IMG/VR virus record: IMGVR_UViG_3300003279_000006
Location: 1-56,978 of that record
Origin: a virus
Lineage: Duplodnaviria; Caudoviricetes
Strand: one strand, 5' to 3'
Length of the DNA: 56,978 bases
Shown here: positions 16,608 to 26,121 of the stretch, piece after piece
Position numbering within the stretch: position 1 is the stretch's first letter
Layout of the letters: every line of letters begins with the position of its first letter
Made by a program: the position numbers and the translations under genes
The notes under the pieces: generated by a model
Told to the model about the DNA's origin: nothing
The model's input: the letters and a program-made list of their open reading frames with translations, nothing else
Database searches by the model: none

Positions 16608-18836
16608 ATGTCGGACGCACAGAACGGCCTACCGAGCACCGGCGATCCGCTGATGGACGAAGTCCGTGATCGGTCTCAACGTTGTGTTGAGTTCGAGTCA
16701 GTTGCTCGACAGAGATTTGTCGAAGATATGAAGTTTGCGCACGCAGACTCGGATAATGGGTATCAGTGGCCAGGAGAAATCCGCCGGGCGAGGGATATTG
16801 CTGCTCGGCCGTCGCTGACGATGAATATCACCCGGCAGCATAATCTGCAAATCGTGAATGATGCGAAGCAGAGTCCAGCGGTGGTTTCTATCCGGCCAGT
16901 GGGGAACGGGGCGACCAAAGAAGCGGCTGATATGTTCCACGGAGTGGTGAGACATATCGAGAATCAGTCGAAGGCCGGGGCCGCCAATGGAGCCTACGCT
17001 ACGGCGAGGGAGTTCCAGGTATTTGGTGGTATTGGCTGGTGGAGAATCGTCACAGAGTATCTGCATGACGATACTTTTGAGCAGGAAATTTTCATCCGGA
17101 GAATCACTGATCCGTTGTCGGTTTACTATGATCCGGCGGCTCGGGAGGCAGATAAGACCGACTCGCAGTTTATGTTCGTCTTTGACGAGGTGCCGAGAAA
17201 GGAGTTTGGCGAAGCCTATCCGAAGTATAAGGACATTGCCGGGCTGAGTCCGATCGGAGTAGGAGAGGTTGGAGACGACTGGAATGGGAAGGACAAGGTT
17301 CGGCTTTGTGAGTATTTCCGGAAGGTGATGAAACGGGACCTGATGATCTCGTTTCTGGATGAGAATGGGGTTCGACAGCAGGTTCGGAAGTCAAAGTTCC
17401 CGGAGAATGGGCTGGAAGCCCTGCTGTCTGCCGAAGGCACGATGGTCCGGGATATTTTTGAACAGGTGATTGAGTGGAAACTCATCGCCGGGCAGAAGGT
17501 GATTGACGAGACCGTTTGGCCGGGGAAATACATCCCGCTGGTCCCGGTGATCGGAGAAGAAATCATCATCGACGGGATTATGGATCGGAAGGGCCATACT
17601 CGGGCAATGAAGGACTCGCAGCGGATGTTCAACTACAACGCGAGCGGACAGGTCGAGTTCGTGGCGTTGCAGAGCAAGACTCCGTGGGTGGCGGCAGCCA
17701 AGGCGGTCGAAGAATATGAACAGTATTGGAACACCGCCAACACGACAAACCACGCATTCCTGCCGTTTAATCACCTGGATGATGAGGGCAACCCAGTCCC
17801 ACCGCCGTCCCGGACTGATCCTCCCCAGGCGAGCCCGGCGTTCGAAGCTGGAATGACCACTGCCTTCAACCAGATGATGATGGTGAGTGGACAGTGGCAG
17901 AACCAGATGGGAATGGGTGGGAATGAGAGGACTGGAGATGCGATTGCCAGGCGGCAGGACCAAGGGGATACAGCGACGTTCCACTATCGAGGGAATTACG
18001 AGGCCGCGCTGGTGACCACCGGGATGATGCTGGTCGATCTGATTCCGAAAATCTACGATACTCGGAGGATTATCACGATCCAGGCGGAAGATGGGACTGA
18101 TCTGGAACTGGAAATCGACCCGGGGGCGAAGCAAGCGTTCCAGATGCAACAAATGCAGGACGCGGAGACGGCGAGGCGGATTTTCAACCCGGCTGTGGGC
18201 CGTTACTCCGTGCTGCCGCTGCCAGGCAGTGCCTTTGGGACTCGCCGAGAGGAGACTGTGAGAGCGATGACCCTGCTGCTGACCCAGGCTCCGCAGCTGT
18301 CCGGGATCATCGGGGACTTGTTGCTGTCTAGCATGGACTTCAAGGAAGCGCAGGAAGCGGCGATTCGACTGAAGAGGCTGGTCCCGCCGCAGGCGCTGGG
18401 GCTCGGCCCCTCCGAGGCGGAGCAGGCCATGCAGCAGCAGATTGGACAGTTGACCGGGGCGCTGGAGAAGGCGCTGACGCAGAGTGGGAAAGACGCGGTC
18501 AAACTATTGAGCAAATCGGAACTCCGGAGTATTAACATCTACGATGCTGAGACCCGTCGCTTCGTGGCGTTTAAGGATATACTTGGCCTCGATCCACAGG
18601 GGATGAAGAGGGTGCTGGAGCAGTTGCTCGACGAGAGCAGTGATACGACACTCAACTCGATCTCGGCGGCGAACAAGGATGATCTGGAAGCATCCACGCT
18701 GGCAGAGCATGAGGGCGAGGGAGAGGCTCCGGTGCCGGGGGCGAGAAAGGCACCGGACGGCCAGTGGTATCTGGACGACCCGACCAGGCCGGGGAAATTC
18801 ATGATGGTAGTTCCGAAGGAGCAGGGAAATGGCTGA
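16608..18836 (+). CDS. P22-like portal protein
   Basis: 742 aa directly after TerL; QWP..RP.LTMN, GGIGWWRI, PGKYIPLVPVIG, MKDSQRMFNY. Confidence 0.93.
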   Translation: MSDAQNGLPSTGDPLMDEVRDRSQRCVEFESVARQRFVEDMKFAHADSDNGYQWPGEIRRARDIAARPSLTMNITRQHNLQIVNDAKQSPAVVSIRPVGNGATKEAADMFHGVVRHIENQSKAGAANGAYATAREFQVFGGIGWWRIVTEYLHDDTFEQEIFIRRITDPLSVYYDPAAREADKTDSQFMFVFDEVPRKEFGEAYPKYKDIAGLSPIGVGEVGDDWNGKDKVRLCEYFRKVMKRDLMISFLDENGVRQQVRKSKFPENGLEALLSAEGTMVRDIFEQVIEWKLIAGQKVIDETVWPGKYIPLVPVIGEEIIIDGIMDRKGHTRAMKDSQRMFNYNASGQVEFVALQSKTPWVAAAKAVEEYEQYWNTANTTNHAFLPFNHLDDEGNPVPPPSRTDPPQASPAFEAGMTTAFNQMMMVSGQWQNQMGMGGNERTGDAIARRQDQGDTATFHYRGNYEAALVTTGMMLVDLIPKIYDTRRIITIQAEDGTDLELEIDPGAKQAFQMQQMQDAETARRIFNPAVGRYSVLPLPGSAFGTRREETVRAMTLLLTQAPQLSGIIGDLLLSSMDFKEAQEAAIRLKRLVPPQALGLGPSEAEQAMQQQIGQLTGALEKALTQSGKDAVKLLSKSELRSINIYDAETRRFVAFKDILGLDPQGMKRVLEQLLDESSDTTLNSISAANKDDLEASTLAEHEGEGEAPVPGARKAPDGQWYLDDPTRPGKFMMVVPKEQGNG

Positions 18837-19767
18837 ATATCCTGATTTGACTCCGCCGGGGCAGGACCCGAATCTGGTGATAACTCCACCGGAGGTGGAT
18901 AATAAGCTGGTGCTGGTGCCTCCGCCGACAACGACGGTCAATGCGCTGTCCCCGTATGTTCCGGGGATTGCCTACGGCAACTATGTGGGTGGACTGGAGT
19001 CTGGGGGAGACCCTAATGCGAAGAACCCGAAGTCCAGTGCAACGGGTTTTGGCCAGTTTACCAAGGGCACCTGGCTGGATTTGATCAAACGAACCCGGCC
19101 GGACATTGCCCAGGGTAAGACGGATGACCAATTGCTCGAACTGAGGAAAGACCCGACGCTCTCCCGGGCGATGATCATCGAGTATGGGAAGCAGAATGCC
19201 CCGTTGCTGACGAAAGAAGGCATCCCGGTGAATGATCAGAATTTGAGGTTGATGCATCTGGGACCTGGGAATGCCTTGCCAATTCTGAAGGCGTCCCCAG
19301 ACACAGTTGTCGACACATTGCTGAGCAAAGATGTGCTGGAAGCCAACCCGACTTGGAAGGGAATGACTGCGCAACAGTGGATCGCTGCGAATACGAAGGG
19401 TGGAGGGGGAGGGGGTGGAGCCCCTGCCAGTCCTGGACAGCCGGCTGTCCCGGCTCCGCCTGCCAATGCTTTGGCATTTCCCCCCTCGGCTGATCCGCTA
19501 GCCCAACTGGATGCGAAGAAGGTCGAGGCGGAAGCCCGTGCTGTCGAGCAGAAGAAACGGACCATGCTGGCGATGGCCTTCTCCAACTTTGCAGGGGGCT
19601 TCCGACCAGTGTCGTATGATCCGTGGAAACTCGCGATCCCACCCGACCACACGAGTCCCCGAGGTTTTGTCCCGGTGGGGGATCAGTCCGTTCGGCCGAT
19701 GCAAATACTGGGCCGGGTTGGTTCCGCGGCGGATCAGTATTTCACCGCAGGTGCTCGGGGAACTTAA
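18829..19767 (+). CDS. lytic transglycosylase/lysozyme-like protein
   Basis: LESGGDPNAKNPKSSATGFGQFTKGTW catalytic Glu motif; HLGPG; low-complexity C-terminus. Confidence 0.8.
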   Translation: MAEYPDLTPPGQDPNLVITPPEVDNKLVLVPPPTTTVNALSPYVPGIAYGNYVGGLESGGDPNAKNPKSSATGFGQFTKGTWLDLIKRTRPDIAQGKTDDQLLELRKDPTLSRAMIIEYGKQNAPLLTKEGIPVNDQNLRLMHLGPGNALPILKASPDTVVDTLLSKDVLEANPTWKGMTAQQWIAANTKGGGGGGGAPASPGQPAVPAPPANALAFPPSADPLAQLDAKKVEAEARAVEQKKRTMLAMAFSNFAGGFRPVSYDPWKLAIPPDHTSPRGFVPVGDQSVRPMQILGRVGSAADQYFTAGARGT

Positions 19768-21153
19768 ATGTCAGAGGCACAGGGGGCAAGGCCACAGTAT
19801 GCTGATTGGCGTTCGGCGGCCCTCGCCGGGAATCTGGCATCGCATGCCTGGGCAAATCGGCCGGACATGGAGCAGTTGGTTCCGGGGTTTGACCGGGGCG
19901 GGAACCCGATACTGAAGGGACTGGACTACGCGAGTGTCCCCGCGAGGGTGTTGACGAATGCGCTGTTGGAACCGGTCAAGGCTGGTGGGGATGCCTTCGC
20001 CCGGTGGATGGGTGGTGACCAAGGGCCGGAAGCCCGACGAGCGATTAGTGAGGCCACTGTTGGGATGGCACTCAATGGACTGGCGGTTAGTAACCCGCTC
20101 CGAGTTCGGCCTAATGAACTCCTGGCGATGCCGGGGTTTCATGGGACTCCCCATACGTTCGCAAAAGAGCCTGGGGCACCACTTGGCAGCTTCCGAAACG
20201 ACAAGATCGGGACGGGGGAGGGAGCCCAGGTCAGGGGATGGGGGCACTATATCGCGGAACGCGAAGGCGTTGCGAGAAGTTATCAAGAGCAACTGGTGCA
20301 GCGTTTCCCTCAAAAATACGCCCATCCAGATCAGGTAGTGCCGGATTCAGTCCATGATATTTTGCAAGGTTTCCGGGCTGATTATCCAAAAACCAGTGTT
20401 TCGGAGTTGGTCCACTATGCGAAAGAGTGGCATCAGCGCAATATCGACATGCGCAGGGCGGAAGGGACTGTTACAAGGGACGGAGAAGAAATTTTCGATC
20501 CCAAGCTGATTGGTGAAACCAGTTATAGAAGAATCCAGCAAAGTGAAGCCGATTTGGCTTGGCTGAACAGGTTCGGAAACAGACTTGAACAGCAAGGAAC
20601 CCCAGAGGGGAACCTATACTCCGTCGAAATCAATCCAGAAAAACACCAACTTATTGACTTGGACAAACCGTTCTCGGCACATCCTCCAGCGTTGCAGCGA
20701 GACATCGAACGAGCGATAGCCAATATCAGCGGGCACAATCGAGTCGATCCGGATATGACGGGGGAACAAATCTACCTGGCGTTGGTAAAACATACTGGAA
20801 GCCCGCAGGCCGCGTCGTTGGCGCTGCATGAGCAGGGGATTCCGGGGATGCAGTTTTTGGACCAACTGTCGAGGCGGATGCCGGAACCAATAATTACCAA
20901 ATTGTCACCTGGGGCAGATGGGAAAATATATTGGGAGGCAAATCTTGATGGTGGTGGACTACCCGCTGATATGTCTAAGTATGGGATTTTTAATTCTGAA
21001 CGAGAAGCTCGCATTTGGGCAAAGCAAAATGCTCCCCGCCGCACCCACAACTTCGTGATCTTCCACCCTTCCAACCTCCGCATCACCGGGGCGAACGGCC
21101 AGATGCTAGACTACGTCCCGGTCGATCAGAACCCTTGGAGTCCCAAGCCATGA
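19768..21153 (+). CDS. ADP-ribosyltransferase-like (ART-PolyVal-type) domain protein
   Basis: FHGTPH.F...KIGTGEGAQVRGWGHYIAE...A.SY, NLYSVEI, GIPG, NFVIF. Confidence 0.7.
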   Translation: MSEAQGARPQYADWRSAALAGNLASHAWANRPDMEQLVPGFDRGGNPILKGLDYASVPARVLTNALLEPVKAGGDAFARWMGGDQGPEARRAISEATVGMALNGLAVSNPLRVRPNELLAMPGFHGTPHTFAKEPGAPLGSFRNDKIGTGEGAQVRGWGHYIAEREGVARSYQEQLVQRFPQKYAHPDQVVPDSVHDILQGFRADYPKTSVSELVHYAKEWHQRNIDMRRAEGTVTRDGEEIFDPKLIGETSYRRIQQSEADLAWLNRFGNRLEQQGTPEGNLYSVEINPEKHQLIDLDKPFSAHPPALQRDIERAIANISGHNRVDPDMTGEQIYLALVKHTGSPQAASLALHEQGIPGMQFLDQLSRRMPEPIITKLSPGADGKIYWEANLDGGGLPADMSKYGIFNSEREARIWAKQNAPRRTHNFVIFHPSNLRITGANGQMLDYVPVDQNPWSPKP

Positions 21154-21509
21154 GTCAGAAACCGCAGGCGCACGCGCACAAGCTGGTCTACCAGACTGCT
21201 GTTGGCATTGCCCACGAGCTCTATGATAACCTGATGTCCGTGCCGGCATTCTATGCCGAGTGGAAACGGCTGAACCCCGAGGCCACGGCGAAGCAACTTG
21301 AAACTCGGTTCGTGAAACGTCACGTTGGGAAGTGTCTCCCGCAGGCTAGGGCCACACTTACCCTTATGCTTCGCGGCCCACACGATTCCGCGTTGAAAGA
21401 ACAAATCCACGAGGCATTATGCCTGGATGCTGCGCTCGTTCGCGGGCGTGGGCCTTCAACCCCGATACAGGAGAACGGGATCGTGCTGAATCATCAGGTG
21501 CGCGGATGA
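21150..21509 (+). CDS. hypothetical protein
   Basis: ATGA-coupled on both sides. Confidence 0.75.
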   Translation: MSQKPQAHAHKLVYQTAVGIAHELYDNLMSVPAFYAEWKRLNPEATAKQLETRFVKRHVGKCLPQARATLTLMLRGPHDSALKEQIHEALCLDAALVRGRGPSTPIQENGIVLNHQVRG

Positions 21510-22375
21510 GTGGGACACAGGGAACGACCGAAGGGGGTGCCGAAGGCGCCGCTGCTCCGGTAATCGACGGGACGTGGACGGCAGTTGTTGACCAAGCAGC
21601 AGCAGGTGCGGGAGCCGAAGGCACCGCTGGCAATGCTCTCGATGGGCAGGGTGCCGAAGACACAGCCACAGCCGCAGCGCCCACCCCGGCGGTGCCGCAG
21701 GCAGGTGACTGGCGGGACCGTCGCATTCGGCAGCTGACGGCCCAACTGCATGAAGCGAGAGCCAAGGCTGGTGGGGCGGCTCCAATCGCTGGTGAAAACG
21801 AGGCTGGGACTGGGGCCGCTGCCGCGCAAGCAGGCTATACACAGGAAGAATTCCAGCGGCAGGTCGAGGCCGCAGCGGCGCGGCAGGCGGAACTGAATGA
21901 GTTCAACCGGGTTTGTAATGAGGTTGCGGCCCAGGGGCGTTCCGCGTTTGGCGAAGCCGAGTTCAATGGTCGGGTGGCAGAACTGAGCAAGATCGTCAAC
22001 GGGGCGGATCAGGGTGAGGTCGCGAAGTATAATGATTTTCTCCTCGCCACGATCGAGACCGGCCAGGGGCCGAAGTTGCTCCACGCACTGGGTGGGGACC
22101 TGAACAACGCGGCGAGAATCATGTCCCTCTCCCCGGTGAAGATGGCAGTGGAACTGGCGAAGCTCGCGCTTGCGGATGCAGGGGGAGGAGGCTCTGCCCC
22201 CGCTGGCAACGCCATTACCTCCGCTCCGCGGCCAATCACCCCGGTCGGGGCGAGGAATGCCGAGGCAGCGAACATCGCTGCCAGTGATGCCAACCGTGCC
22301 GATGCGTTGTCCACTCGTGACTGGATGGCGAAGCGTGAAGCGGAGGTTGCAGCGAGGTTTGCTGCGAGACAGTAA
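21506..22375 (+). CDS. scaffolding protein
   Basis: Acidic Ala-rich N-terminus, RRIRQLT coiled coil, APRPITPV, position before the coat gene. Confidence 0.85.
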   Translation: MSGTQGTTEGGAEGAAAPVIDGTWTAVVDQAAAGAGAEGTAGNALDGQGAEDTATAAAPTPAVPQAGDWRDRRIRQLTAQLHEARAKAGGAAPIAGENEAGTGAAAAQAGYTQEEFQRQVEAAAARQAELNEFNRVCNEVAAQGRSAFGEAEFNGRVAELSKIVNGADQGEVAKYNDFLLATIETGQGPKLLHALGGDLNNAARIMSLSPVKMAVELAKLALADAGGGGSAPAGNAITSAPRPITPVGARNAEAANIAASDANRADALSTRDWMAKREAEVAARFAARQ

Positions 22376-22597
22376 GGGCGAAGCCCACCTCCCGGGAGGT
22401 CCCCGGTGCCGAGTCTTGGTCCTCGTCTTTGACCATGGTGAAGTGAGGGACTTCAGGCTGTTCCCTCCCGAGGCGGGCCATCGGTAATCGGCTTGTCCGC
22501 CCTTTGTTGAGCTTGGGCAACTCATTGGACGGCGAGGCCGTTCAAGTCCTTGTATCAACAGCGCGCCGCAGGTGCGTAGCAGAAGGAACAGACTCAG
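22376..22597 (+). ncRNA. structured leader upstream of the major capsid gene
   Basis: 222 nt non-coding with at least five hairpins, some needing G-U pairs. Confidence 0.45.
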
Positions 22598-23821
22598 ATG
22601 AGCAATACGCTTCTCACGATCAACATGATTACTCGGGAGGCCGTTCGTCTTTGGAAGAACTCGAACGCGTTCCTCCAGAACGTGGACATGCAATACGATT
22701 CCAGCTTCGCTGTCGCCGGGGCCAAGATCGGCAGCGCCCTTCGCATCCGACTCCCGAACGACTTCGTCGTGACGACCGGGCCAGGGCTGAGCGTCCAGGA
22801 CACCACGGAAACGAACACGACCCTGGTCCTGGCCACCCAGAAGCACGTCGATGTCAGCTATTCCACCGCTGATCGGACGTTGTCCCTGGATGATTACTCC
22901 CGCCGGGTGCTGGCGCCGATGATCAACAACCTGGCCGGTGCGGTCGCGGTGGATTTGATGTCCGGCAGCGAAGGCGGCATCTGCAACTTCGTCGCCAACC
23001 AGGACGTGAATAATAACGTGCTCAGCCCGGTGATGTCCACGTATCTGAATGCCGGCGCACAGCTGGCGCTGAACTCCGCTCCGATCGCGAACCGCAAGAT
23101 CGTGAACAACCCGATCACCGAGGCGCGAGTGGTGGCATCCCTCTCCGGGCTGTTGAATCCGGCGAGTCAGATTTCCCGCCAATACACCACCGGCCGGATG
23201 TATGATGCGCTGAACTTCATCTGGATGTCGGATCAGACGGGCATCGCGCATACGACTGGGACGCTGGCCCAGGGCAGTGCCACCGTGGACGGCGCCGACC
23301 AGACCGGACTCAACCTGACGGTGAATGCCTTGGCCGGCTCGCTCAACATCGGCGACATCATCACCATCGCCGGGGTGTATCAGGTCAACCGCATCACCAA
23401 ACAGACGACCGGCCAGCTTCGCCAGTTCGCCGTCACGGCGAACGTGGCGGTTGGTGCCACCTCCATTCCGATCTATCCGGCACTCGTGCCGGCGGTGAAT
23501 GGTCAGCCGGTCCAATACCAGACCGTCACGGTGAGTCCGGCGGATGGGGCTGCGGTGAATCCGGCCTCGACACTGGCCGCCGGTGTCACCTACCGGAAGA
23601 ACTTCGCCTATGCGCCGGAGGCCGTGACGCTGGCAACCGCCGATCTGGAAATGCCCCGTGGAGTTCACGAGGCCGCCCGGGAAGAGTTCGACGGAATCAG
23701 CATGCGGATGATCACCGACTATATGATCGGAACGGATCAGCTGATCACCCGCCTCGACGTGCTCTACGGGTATCTGTGGATTCGGCCGGAGTGGGCGTGC
23801 GTGGTGGCCGATCAGGTCTAA
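22598..23821 (+). CDS. major capsid protein (P22 gp5 family)
   Basis: MSNTLLTINMITREA..KIGSALRIRLP..RLDVLYG..RPEWAC. Confidence 0.95.
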   Translation: MSNTLLTINMITREAVRLWKNSNAFLQNVDMQYDSSFAVAGAKIGSALRIRLPNDFVVTTGPGLSVQDTTETNTTLVLATQKHVDVSYSTADRTLSLDDYSRRVLAPMINNLAGAVAVDLMSGSEGGICNFVANQDVNNNVLSPVMSTYLNAGAQLALNSAPIANRKIVNNPITEARVVASLSGLLNPASQISRQYTTGRMYDALNFIWMSDQTGIAHTTGTLAQGSATVDGADQTGLNLTVNALAGSLNIGDIITIAGVYQVNRITKQTTGQLRQFAVTANVAVGATSIPIYPALVPAVNGQPVQYQTVTVSPADGAAVNPASTLAAGVTYRKNFAYAPEAVTLATADLEMPRGVHEAAREEFDGISMRMITDYMIGTDQLITRLDVLYGYLWIRPEWACVVADQV

Positions 23822-23840
23822 GGGCCGTAGGCCCGGACTA

Positions 23841-23870
23841 AGCCGGGGGCATCCCGCCCCCGGTTCTTTA
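23841..23870 (+). terminator. probable terminator after the coat gene
   Basis: CCGGGGGC..GCCCCCGG stem followed by TTCTTT. Confidence 0.6.
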
Positions 23871-23884
23871 CAGGAGGACTGACA

Positions 23885-24370
23885 GTGGCCCGACGAGCCC
23901 AAAGATTCACCGTCTACGACGCGATGGAAGCCAGGGGGGAATTCTCCGGCAATCCGGCGAATGCTGATTCACATGACTCCACTGGAACGAGCCTCTATCG
24001 CGGGCCGGTCAAGTTCCCACGGATGCTCTATCATCCGACTGGCGCGGAACGCATCACCAATCCGGGGGAATACCAGGCGACTCCGATGGGGCCTCGATTG
24101 GTCGGGCAACAGTCGGAGTTGATCTCCCAGATCGTCAATGACGAAACTGAGGAGAAGAAGCTGCTGGACGCTGGTTGGCACAAGCACCCGGCGGATGCCA
24201 TGCGTGCAGCGGGGAAAGATGCTCCGCAGGTCTCTCCGTCGCGGAAGATTGCCGATCTGGAAGAACAAATCCGCAAGCTGGAAGCCGAACGGAACGCAAC
24301 GGCTGACGACATCATGTCCGCGAATAACTCGACCGGGACACTCAAGTCGAACGCGACGAAGGGGGACTGA
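23885..24370 (+). CDS. hypothetical head-associated protein
   Basis: AGGAGG RBS; FPRMLYHP..IVNDE.EE..GW.HP. Confidence 0.75.
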   Translation: MARRAQRFTVYDAMEARGEFSGNPANADSHDSTGTSLYRGPVKFPRMLYHPTGAERITNPGEYQATPMGPRLVGQQSELISQIVNDETEEKKLLDAGWHKHPADAMRAAGKDAPQVSPSRKIADLEEQIRKLEAERNATADDIMSANNSTGTLKSNATKGD

Positions 24371-24373
24371 TCG

Positions 24374-24817
24374 GTGACAAGTTTGAAAGCTGGGCGAGCG
24401 GTCGGAATTGGATTGGTGCTGGGGCTGGGCTTCGCCTCGTCGGCGTTTGCCCAGACCTCGTGTGCACCAACCGCCAACTCGACGTTGATGACCCAGCTTT
24501 CAAACAACGCCGCCCCCGGGAGCATCACGCCCCAGGTTATTCGGAATGCCATCTGCTCGACGACCCGTGGCCTTGCTGCGATTGGCGTCGCCCAAACTGT
24601 CGCGACCAGCCCCTACACTTTCACCGCGACGATCCCTGGGAAAGTCGTCGTGATGAGTGCCAAGATCGAACTCTCGGGGGATGGCGGCACGACCTGGACG
24701 ACTTTGTCCTTGACTGGTGGGGCCGTTCCCGTCGCTGCGAACGATCAAGTCCGGGTGACTTGGACTGGTGTTGGCTCGGATAATCTCCCCTCCGTGACGT
24801 GGTTCCCTGGTCAGTGA
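24374..24817 (+). CDS. beta-rich protein with signal peptide
   Basis: GIGLVLGLGFASSAFA|QTSC; C-terminal VPV..NDQVRVTW..P.VTWFP. Confidence 0.7.
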   Translation: MTSLKAGRAVGIGLVLGLGFASSAFAQTSCAPTANSTLMTQLSNNAAPGSITPQVIRNAICSTTRGLAAIGVAQTVATSPYTFTATIPGKVVVMSAKIELSGDGGTTWTTLSLTGGAVPVAANDQVRVTWTGVGSDNLPSVTWFPGQ

Positions 24818-24829
24818 AAGGCATCTGGC

Positions 24830-25636
24830 ATGTCCGCGCTTGACCCGAACAACACCACCGCGACGGATTTGTGCATTCAGTCGCTGAGGGAATGCGGCGC
24901 CTGGGGGGTGGGACAAACTCCGCTGGCGGATGACATCGCCGATGCGAGGATGCGGTTCCAGTGGATGCTTCAAGAGTGGGAGCGGAAACGCTGGCTGGTT
25001 TATCATCTGGTGACTTACTCGATTCAATCCACTGGTGCGGAGACCTACACGATCGGGCCGGGCGGGGATATTGACATCAGCAACAATCCGTTCAATGCTC
25101 AGTTCGGTCCGCAGTTCGGCGGCGGGGCGCTGACAACCCGGCCGAATAAGATCGAGAGTGCATTCGCTCGACAACTGGTGAATAACGTTCCCAACCAGGT
25201 GGACTACCCGCTTGAGTTGGTCTTTGCCCGCGAAGACTATAATCGAATTGCACTCAAATCCCTGACCTCGTTCCCGCAGTTGCTTTATTATGATAACGCC
25301 TGGCCGCTGGGAGTTCTCTACCCCTGGCCGGTGCTGCAAGCGAGCATTTACTCGCTCTTCGTAACGGTGCGGGCACAGCTTCCAGTCGCATTCGCCAATA
25401 GCAATGCTGTGATTTCGCTGCCCTACGAATACTACGGAGCCATTCTCTACAACCTGGCCATTCGGCTTCGCCCCAAGTATGGGATTGTGTCCAAGCAGGG
25501 GGATCATCTTCCCGGCCTGGCAAAAGATGCCCTCAACGCTGTCCGCACCGGAAATGCCCAGATCGCTCGACTCCGCATGCCGAGGGATTTGAACCGGCCA
25601 GGAGTTTACAATATCTACTCGGATCAAACATACTAG
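24830..25636 (+). CDS. head-to-tail adaptor (P22 gp4-like)
   Basis: TATDLCIQSLRE.GA.GVGQT, ML.EW, YTIGPGGD, LPYEY..AILYNLA. Confidence 0.85.
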   Translation: MSALDPNNTTATDLCIQSLRECGAWGVGQTPLADDIADARMRFQWMLQEWERKRWLVYHLVTYSIQSTGAETYTIGPGGDIDISNNPFNAQFGPQFGGGALTTRPNKIESAFARQLVNNVPNQVDYPLELVFAREDYNRIALKSLTSFPQLLYYDNAWPLGVLYPWPVLQASIYSLFVTVRAQLPVAFANSNAVISLPYEYYGAILYNLAIRLRPKYGIVSKQGDHLPGLAKDALNAVRTGNAQIARLRMPRDLNRPGVYNIYSDQTY

Positions 25637-25653
25637 AAGAAAGGACTACGATC

Positions 25654-26100
25654 ATGCTGCTGAACTCAATGTCCGAGTTGTTCTCGGTTTTCCAGCCGGG
25701 GAGGGCGCTTCAAGATGGTGGGGCGCTTGCCCAGCTGGTGGGCGTTCTCTTCTCGACCGAGGATGACATCACCGCGGCAGCTGGCGGTGGTCAGGACGAT
25801 GCCCGGCGCCTGACGGCGAGTAGCAACCGGGTCAAGACAGTGGAGACCTCCGAGGACTCGGTCATGCTCCCGCTGGCAATTCCCGGCCGCACAGTCACCA
25901 TCGAGAATGCGACGGCGACGACGCTGGGAGTATTCGGCGACCCTGCGAACCCGAACACCGGAGCAGGGGATACCATTGCCGCAGCAGCGAGTGCAACCCA
26001 AGAAGCGACGGCGACTGGTGTGACTCAGCCGGCGACGGCCCTCGGCGTCTATGTCTGCGTCAAGGCCGGGGAATGGAAGCAAGGGCTGCTGGTGACGTAA
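25654..26100 (+). CDS. virion structural protein
   Basis: ITAAAGGGQ..A..LT...NRV.TV...DSVMLP domain; AAGGA RBS. Confidence 0.75.
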   Translation: MLLNSMSELFSVFQPGRALQDGGALAQLVGVLFSTEDDITAAAGGGQDDARRLTASSNRVKTVETSEDSVMLPLAIPGRTVTIENATATTLGVFGDPANPNTGAGDTIAAAASATQEATATGVTQPATALGVYVCVKAGEWKQGLLVT

Positions 26101-26121
26101 GACCAGTAGCGCGAAGCGCCC

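Noticed and set aside
21494-23902. 802-aa minus-strand ORF and other long antisense ORFs (e.g. 15453-16586, 24500-25627, 31756-32952, 51057-52196)
   Set aside because: Shadow frames opposite well-supported GC3-biased genes; Arg/His/Gly-rich and without motifs
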